From NCBI GenBank assembly GCA_965227295.1, contig OZ245742.1, positions 640,001-704,000 of the forward strand: a stretch of 64,000 bases of DNA, written 5' to 3'. The notes below the pieces were generated by a model. That model saw only the letters and a program-made list of their open reading frames with translations. It was not told the origin of the DNA and did not search any database. Shown piece after piece: positions 58,743 through 64,000 of the stretch. Each line of letters begins with the position of its first letter. Position 1 is the first letter of the stretch. A program made the translations under genes and the position numbers. Source of the stretch: Leptonemataceae bacterium. Lineage in GTDB: Bacteria > Spirochaetota > Leptospiria > Leptospirales > Leptonemataceae.

Positions 58743-59273
58743 ATGTCCTCGAACCGTCAACCAATCGCAATCACTGTGATTGCACTGTTCATATTCTGCG
58801 TCGGCTGCCTGCCTTCCGAGTACAAAGTCGAGCGCAGTACCGTTATTGAAGCACCCGCCGCGGTGATCTTCGATTACGTGAACGACCTAGAAAAGAACGA
58901 GCTGTGGTCCCCCTGGGTGGCCGAAGACCCCACCATCAATACCACCCTCGGCGAGAAGACCGAAGGCGTCGGTGCCACTTACTCGTGGACCAGTGAGAAC
59001 TCCGGCGACGGAACCCTGGAAATCGTCGAGAGCGTACCGCATCGTCTCATTCGTACGAAGCTGGATTTCGGCGATCAAGGCACGGCCGAAGCGGTCTGGA
59101 ATTTCGAAGAAAGTTCGGAAGGCGTGAAGACCACCTGGGGTTTCTCGGGCAAGGTCGAAGGCATCGGCGAAGGAATCTTTGCGCTGTTCATCGACGGCAT
59201 GGTCGGCCCGTACTACGAACAGGGACTGAGCAGACTCAAAGAACTCTCCGAAGCACAAGACGCCGGTCGTTAA
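58743..59273 (+). CDS. SRPBCC / polyketide cyclase-like protein
   Basis: VERSTVIEAP, WSPW, GVGATYSW, EQGLSRLK. Confidence 0.9.
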   Translation: MSSNRQPIAITVIALFIFCVGCLPSEYKVERSTVIEAPAAVIFDYVNDLEKNELWSPWVAEDPTINTTLGEKTEGVGATYSWTSENSGDGTLEIVESVPHRLIRTKLDFGDQGTAEAVWNFEESSEGVKTTWGFSGKVEGIGEGIFALFIDGMVGPYYEQGLSRLKELSEAQDAGR

Positions 59274-59456
59274 GTGCTGCGCGCAACTTGAGTTTGTTCG
59301 CACGTTTTTTTAGCGTTCCGTAAAACTTCTTGCGACTGTAAAATCCTCCGTTCCGGAAAAATATACTTGTGTCGCTCCGCCGCGGAGTTACAGGTTAAGA
59401 CTCGTCTTCTTGGTACGAAGACGTTATGTCTCATCCTTTGCAACCCAGGTTTCGCC

Positions 59457-60764
59457 ATGCAAGTCATTCGTTTTATTCCGCGACTCTTAGCTCCGGCACT
59501 CTTTATCTTCGTATTCACGGCGCCGTTGTCCGCGGAGAGCGAAGGCCGACGCATCTTTACCACCAACGAGGCGCGAGTCCTGGTGTTGCGCACGCACTTT
59601 GAACAAGAGACCACGGGCAACGGTTCGGCCTTCATCGTAAGTTACAAAGACCGCAACTTTCTCATTACAAATTACCACGTCATTTCCGCCGGGCACATCT
59701 TCCTCGAAATTGAGGGAGAGAAAGTCGCGAACCTTCAGGTTCTGCGCGTCAACGACACCGGCGACATCGCCATCTTAACCTTTCCGAAAATCGACGACCA
59801 CCAGGCGGTTCCGTTGCAGGCCTACGAACCCTTACGCGGTGAAAAGGTCTACGCCCTCGGTTTTCCCGGTGTGCCGGGCAACAAGGACGTAAGCCTTACC
59901 ATTACCGACGGGCTCGTAAGCAACAACAACCTGGTCATCCCGGAAGAGGGGCCGCAACGCCGTCGTTTTATTCAGGTTTCCGCGGCACTCAATCCCGGCA
60001 ACAGCGGCGGCCCCATCTTTTCCGGCGAGGGGCGGTTGATCGGCATGGCCACCGGCGGCATCATGAATCGCCAGAGTATGAACCTGGCCATCCCGACCGA
60101 AGACATCATGCGGGAGATCGATCTCATTGATCGTCGACCGGAACGCAAGGATGCGGAGCAGGAACTACGAGCGCGCTTTGATCTGATCTCGGAGTCGGTC
60201 AAGGCCAAAGATTTTCTGAGATTCGGTTACTACTACTCGCCGGAGTACAAACTCAAACTCTTCGACGACGTGCGGCGCATCAACGAACGTGTCTACAGCG
60301 CTTACCGGCTCACCGCGTCTCGCGGGCCGCAGTCTCCGGAGCAGGCCATGGCCGTAACCCAGCAGTACCTGGAGCCGGACGAGTTCATGTACTACCTCAT
60401 GCTCATGCACTACTACCAGGGGCATCCGTCGGACAATTTCGGCGATGTGATCTTCGAGGTGAGCCTGAATCCCTTCCTGGCTTCTCAGTTGTATCTTTCC
60501 GGGCGTTTTCTGTATCTCATGCATCACCTGGCGGACCTGGACGATCGTAAGTTCGAGTACCGCGGACACACGATCGAGAAAATCACGTTCGATGAAAGTT
60601 ACAAAAACGCCGATGTCGAGATCACGGTGAACCTGGAGCACAAGTCCTTCCCGGCAAAGCTGAAGTTCGTGCGCGAGTGGGGCAACTGGTTCCTCGTCCC
60701 GGCCTACGACTACCAGGCCATCCTGAAGGAGGACGCCGAGAGCGTTCAGGAGAACGCCGAATGA
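59457..60764 (+). CDS. Exported trypsin-like (S1C) serine protease with unknown C-terminal domain
   Basis: TNYHVI, GDIAIL, NPGNSGGP catalytic triad. Confidence 0.9.
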   Translation: MQVIRFIPRLLAPALFIFVFTAPLSAESEGRRIFTTNEARVLVLRTHFEQETTGNGSAFIVSYKDRNFLITNYHVISAGHIFLEIEGEKVANLQVLRVNDTGDIAILTFPKIDDHQAVPLQAYEPLRGEKVYALGFPGVPGNKDVSLTITDGLVSNNNLVIPEEGPQRRRFIQVSAALNPGNSGGPIFSGEGRLIGMATGGIMNRQSMNLAIPTEDIMREIDLIDRRPERKDAEQELRARFDLISESVKAKDFLRFGYYYSPEYKLKLFDDVRRINERVYSAYRLTASRGPQSPEQAMAVTQQYLEPDEFMYYLMLMHYYQGHPSDNFGDVIFEVSLNPFLASQLYLSGRFLYLMHHLADLDDRKFEYRGHTIEKITFDESYKNADVEITVNLEHKSFPAKLKFVREWGNWFLVPAYDYQAILKEDAESVQENAE

Positions 60765-61840
60765 TCTCCGGCCGAAACGCCCCGCTCCGTTTTCTTACAG
60801 CCCTGCTCCTTACCGCCGGCACCCTCTACGGGGATTCGTCGCCGGCCGACGGTGAATCCTTCTTTGCGAAAGACGGCGAACCGCTGCGACTCATGCTCCT
60901 GCCCTTCGTGAAGGACGACGTCATCACGGACTTCGAGTATGAGCAGGTGTCTTCGGCCTTTCACCTGGCCGTATCCCGACGCCGGGAGTTCGACGTGGTG
61001 TCGCGGCTGGAACTCATTCGCATCTTACAAAAGACCGAGGACGAGGAAGGCCCCTCCCTCGACAAACCCGACAGCCTCTACGATCTCGCCGAAGAACACG
61101 ACGTGGATCTGTTGATCTTCGGCGCCGTGGGCGCGCTTCAAAACTTTGAGCTGCGCGGTATGAGCCTGCGCACGGTGGGCATCAAGGTTGAGATTGCGAG
61201 CGTCGAGCGACGCCAGGTGTTCAATCAGGTAGCGTGGTCGACGTCCCACGTCACCGGCGGCGGGACGCAGCAGGGGGATCGCATTGCGCTGTTGTCCGGC
61301 CTGGCCGCAAACAAACTCATGTGGCTCGCACCGGATTTTTATCCGGTAAACGTAAGTTTTGATTCATTCGTGCAGCACAAACCCGAGGACTACGAACTCT
61401 ACAAGAACCGTGTGCGCGGAAAGTTGAACGAACTCAAACTGCCGCCGGGCTCCGAGATCGACCTTGTGGAAGTTCAGGTGCGCGAGCGCCAGGAACTGGC
61501 TCCCACCGGCGTCGTCGGTTGCCTCACGCTGGTGGGCTGGCTCTTCTTGCCGTACTACGAAGTCAGCCACGACGTCAATCTACAGATCCGACTCAAGACC
61601 GTCAGCGCGAACGGCGTCCAGTTCGACGAATTCAACTCCGTCGCCAATTCCAGCGAGCTGTATCACATCTCCGCTTCGGACGAAAAGAAGAGCCGACCGT
61701 CCATCGGTCTTCTCGACAATACGCTTCAGGACTCCGTGGCGCGAGTGCGTAAAAACCGCGGCGCGTTTGAAGACCGCTCGGCCATCCTGCGAAAGTTTTA
61801 TCGGAAACCGGAAAACGAAGACGCCCCGGACACTAACTAA
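60761..61840 (+). CDS. Exported hypothetical protein (CsgG/TolB-N-like fold possible)
   Basis: Signal peptide; RLMLLPF...FDVVSR...VDLLIFGAV; ATGA overlap with the protease gene. Confidence 0.7.
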   Translation: MISGRNAPLRFLTALLLTAGTLYGDSSPADGESFFAKDGEPLRLMLLPFVKDDVITDFEYEQVSSAFHLAVSRRREFDVVSRLELIRILQKTEDEEGPSLDKPDSLYDLAEEHDVDLLIFGAVGALQNFELRGMSLRTVGIKVEIASVERRQVFNQVAWSTSHVTGGGTQQGDRIALLSGLAANKLMWLAPDFYPVNVSFDSFVQHKPEDYELYKNRVRGKLNELKLPPGSEIDLVEVQVRERQELAPTGVVGCLTLVGWLFLPYYEVSHDVNLQIRLKTVSANGVQFDEFNSVANSSELYHISASDEKKSRPSIGLLDNTLQDSVARVRKNRGAFEDRSAILRKFYRKPENEDAPDTN

Positions 61841-61853
61841 CGTTAATCACAAC

Positions 61854-62834
61854 TTACGGTTCGGTGACGATCATTTGATCGCGGATTGCCCGCGGTGAGG
61901 CGCCCGCATCCACTTCGGCGAACGTCCAGATCTGTTCAAAACTCACGGAACCGCCCGGCGGAATCTCACGCAGGGGCGCGTGGACTTCCACTTCGAGATA
62001 GTCCATGGTGGGCGAGTTGTATACTTCGAAGATAGCGTCGTGAGCGTAAGCGCCGGACGTTTCCACGGCGAACGAACGATGCATTGCCACGGCAGTTTTT
62101 GTCACCGGATCGATCTGTACGGAAAGGAGTTCGCCGTTTTCCGGAAGACCGGCCGCGGCAGTATTCCGCAACCGCCCGCCGTACTTGAAGTGCGACGGCT
62201 CCAGACAATCAATGCGCGTCCAATCGCCGGCCGTGGACACGACGCTCTCCCGAAGCCCGACGGCATTGCCTTCGTTCTCGTAAGCCCGAACGCGCTCGCG
62301 TTCCACAGCGGCGTAGACGCGCGCGGGTCGCAACAACTGCGTAACGTTCCAGATGCCGCGGCGAATCGTCTCGCTTTCGCCGGGATTGCGGAATTCTTCC
62401 ACGACGCGCACGCGGCCGTCCGCCCGGAGTTCGAACGTGCGCGCAATGCGTAATCCCGTCTCACGATCCACCGGGCTGAGCATGAAGACGTGATTGTCTT
62501 TCATCTCCGCGGCGTAACGACAGGCGTCCAGGTCCAGGGGCGGAATCGCTCTCTGCCAATCGCTCTGCGGTGCCACCCAGGTCTTGTCACCGCCCCACAA
62601 TCGAAAGCCGAGGGCCTGCTTCATGGAGTCGATGTCGGCAAAGGCATTCGGATCAAAGCTTTCCCCGGCGTGTTCTTGCTGATGAAACAACAGCTCACGC
62701 CCGCGATACTTCAGGGAGATGAGACGGCCTCCGATGTCCGGAGCAAAGCCGAGTTCGAGACGATCGTTCGACATTCGGTACCCGCTCCATCCGTAGAATT
62801 CGGCAGGTTCCAATTCGGGTTCGGCGTCGGACAT
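61854..62834 (-). CDS. DUF4380-like (galactose mutarotase-fold) protein
   Basis: PDIGGRLIS, WGGDKTWVAPQ, IWNVTQ, YLEVEVHAP. Confidence 0.8.
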   Translation of the reverse strand: MSDAEPELEPAEFYGWSGYRMSNDRLELGFAPDIGGRLISLKYRGRELLFHQQEHAGESFDPNAFADIDSMKQALGFRLWGGDKTWVAPQSDWQRAIPPLDLDACRYAAEMKDNHVFMLSPVDRETGLRIARTFELRADGRVRVVEEFRNPGESETIRRGIWNVTQLLRPARVYAAVERERVRAYENEGNAVGLRESVVSTAGDWTRIDCLEPSHFKYGGRLRNTAAAGLPENGELLSVQIDPVTKTAVAMHRSFAVETSGAYAHDAIFEVYNSPTMDYLEVEVHAPLREIPPGGSVSFEQIWTFAEVDAGASPRAIRDQMIVTEP

Positions 62835-62927
62835 GGCAGGGGGCCCGACATTCGGGCCCACCCGGAAGAAAAATCAGGGCGCCCGGAGTTTCAAGCGGGA
62901 TTTTTACGGTTTCCGTGCTTGCGTCGC

Positions 62928-63314
62928 TTAGATCAGGAAACGACGCACGGTCGCGAGGAGATTGTCCGCATCGAAGGGTTTCTGAATCCAGGCCCGGATT
63001 CCAGCCGCCCGCGCCTCGGTTTCGAATCTCTCGCAGCGTTCCGTGGTGAGCATCACCACCGGCGTAAAACGATGATGGCCTTCCGCGCGCAGTCGCTTTA
63101 CGAATCCCATACCGTCCACGTTCGGCATGTTTACATCGCACAGAATAAGATCGACGTCCTTGCGTTCTTCGAGTTGCACGAGTGCGTCGGCTCCGTCGGT
63201 GCCTTCGAGAATTGTGTAGCCCACTCCGGATAAAGCGATTCCCACCACCTTCCGAATGGAGGGGGAGTCATCTACGATCATGATCGTATGGGTTTTCTGT
63301 GCTACGGTGGTCAT
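62928..63314 (-). CDS. Single-domain response regulator (CheY-like)
   Basis: IVDDS, CDVNMPNVDG, MLTT, KPF. Confidence 0.93.
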   Translation of the reverse strand: MTTVAQKTHTIMIVDDSPSIRKVVGIALSGVGYTILEGTDGADALVQLEERKDVDLILCDVNMPNVDGMGFVKRLRAEGHHRFTPVVMLTTERCERFETEARAAGIRAWIQKPFDADNLLATVRRFLI

Positions 63315-63457
63315 ATGTTTTTACTCCGAATATTACGCCGGAACAAGTCCGGGACGCATTTCTGGATTATGCATGAATAGCGACCCTTCGTCAATAGTTT
63401 ATAATAGATTTGTTGCGAATAGTTGAGAAAATTTACTAAACCTTCCTGGACGCGAAT

Positions 63458-63490
63458 CCCTATCCCTTCCCTAACCCTTTCTTAACCCCT
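63458..63490. promoter_or_regulatory. Three direct repeats at 11-bp period; G-quadruplex-type motif on the minus strand
   Basis: tatccctt at 63461, taaccctt at 63472, taacccct at 63483. Confidence 0.5.
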
Positions 63491-63647
63491 ACGCTGTCAT
63501 TTTGGATATCTCAAATCGTAAACACAACAATAAATAATGATATCAACCGAGGTCCTGTAGCACGACAAAATGAGAACGTATCCCATGACTTGCCGGCGGG
63601 ATCGCAAGACTTGACAGGCCTCTCACACGAACCGACGCTGGCGACAC

Positions 63648-64000
63648 ATGAAGACCGTGACCATAGACGGTGTGGCCATCGAACTTGTTCCCCCGGACGA
63701 CCTGGACATGCAGTGGGTCGGCAACCTGGACGTGTTGCATCAGCTCCAGGCCTGCTGGATGATCGTCCATCCTGACGATATTCCCCTGAACCCCCGACTC
63801 ATCGGCCGACCGGGCGTCGGAAAAACAACGTTGGCCTGCGCCGCCGCCCGAGAAATTGACCGTCCAGTGTATATTTTTCAGGCGACCATGGATACGCGGC
63901 CGGAGGATCTGTTAATCACGCCGGTGCTTGGTGAAAGCGGACGCATCAAATACGTGGCGTCGGCTCTGGTCAGCGCCATGATCGAAGGCGGCGTGGCGAT
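63648..64000 (+). CDS. MoxR-like AAA+ ATPase, partial (runs off window end)
   Basis: Manual translation MKTVTIDG...[16 protein letters not shown]...[17 protein letters not shown] at 63611. Confidence 0.85.
   Translation, partial: MKTVTIDGVAIELVPPDDLDMQWVGNLDVLHQLQACWMIVHPDDIPLNPRLIGRPGVGKTTLACAAAREIDRPVYIFQATMDTRPEDLLITPVLGESGRIKYVASALVSAMIEGGVA

Noticed and set aside
1-64000. CRISPR array, tRNA/rRNA, IS or prophage genes
   Set aside because: No regularly spaced repeats, cloverleafs, transposase, integrase or phage motifs seen by eye; tRNAscan-SE, CRISPR finders and ISEScan would be needed to exclude them formally

Overview
A 64 kb, roughly 60% GC chromosomal segment from a Leptospiraceae/Leptospirales-type spirochaete. 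The assignment rests on my recognition of Leptospira-style cimA, a PlsC-GpsA fusion, a DUF1564-like protein and the LIC11274-DUF2225-truA-OMP-LIC11270 gene order; no database search was run. It is mostly housekeeping and envelope genes (ribBA, hisC, hflX, dusA, cimA, ilvB, holA, cinA, truA, a 5-oxoprolinase, peptidases, an antiporter, an SbcCD/YhaON-like pair). I found no rRNA, tRNA, CRISPR array, transposase or prophage. Most notable observations: (1) three diverged ~110-nt structured elements with clear base-pair covariation (Flavo-1-like RNA), two of them back-to-back; (2) an ODP-type di-iron sensor directly upstream of a sensorless class III adenylate cyclase; (3) an orphan flagellar-switch-like pair, FliM-like plus a FliN-repeat/FliG-middle fusion; (4) unusual translation signals: a probable ATC start for hflX, a probable CTG start for an M23 peptidase, a nested in-frame small gene, and a uORF/terminator leader; (5) a candidate ncRNA next to a perfect 25-bp palindrome, and a GC-mosaic AAA ATPase.
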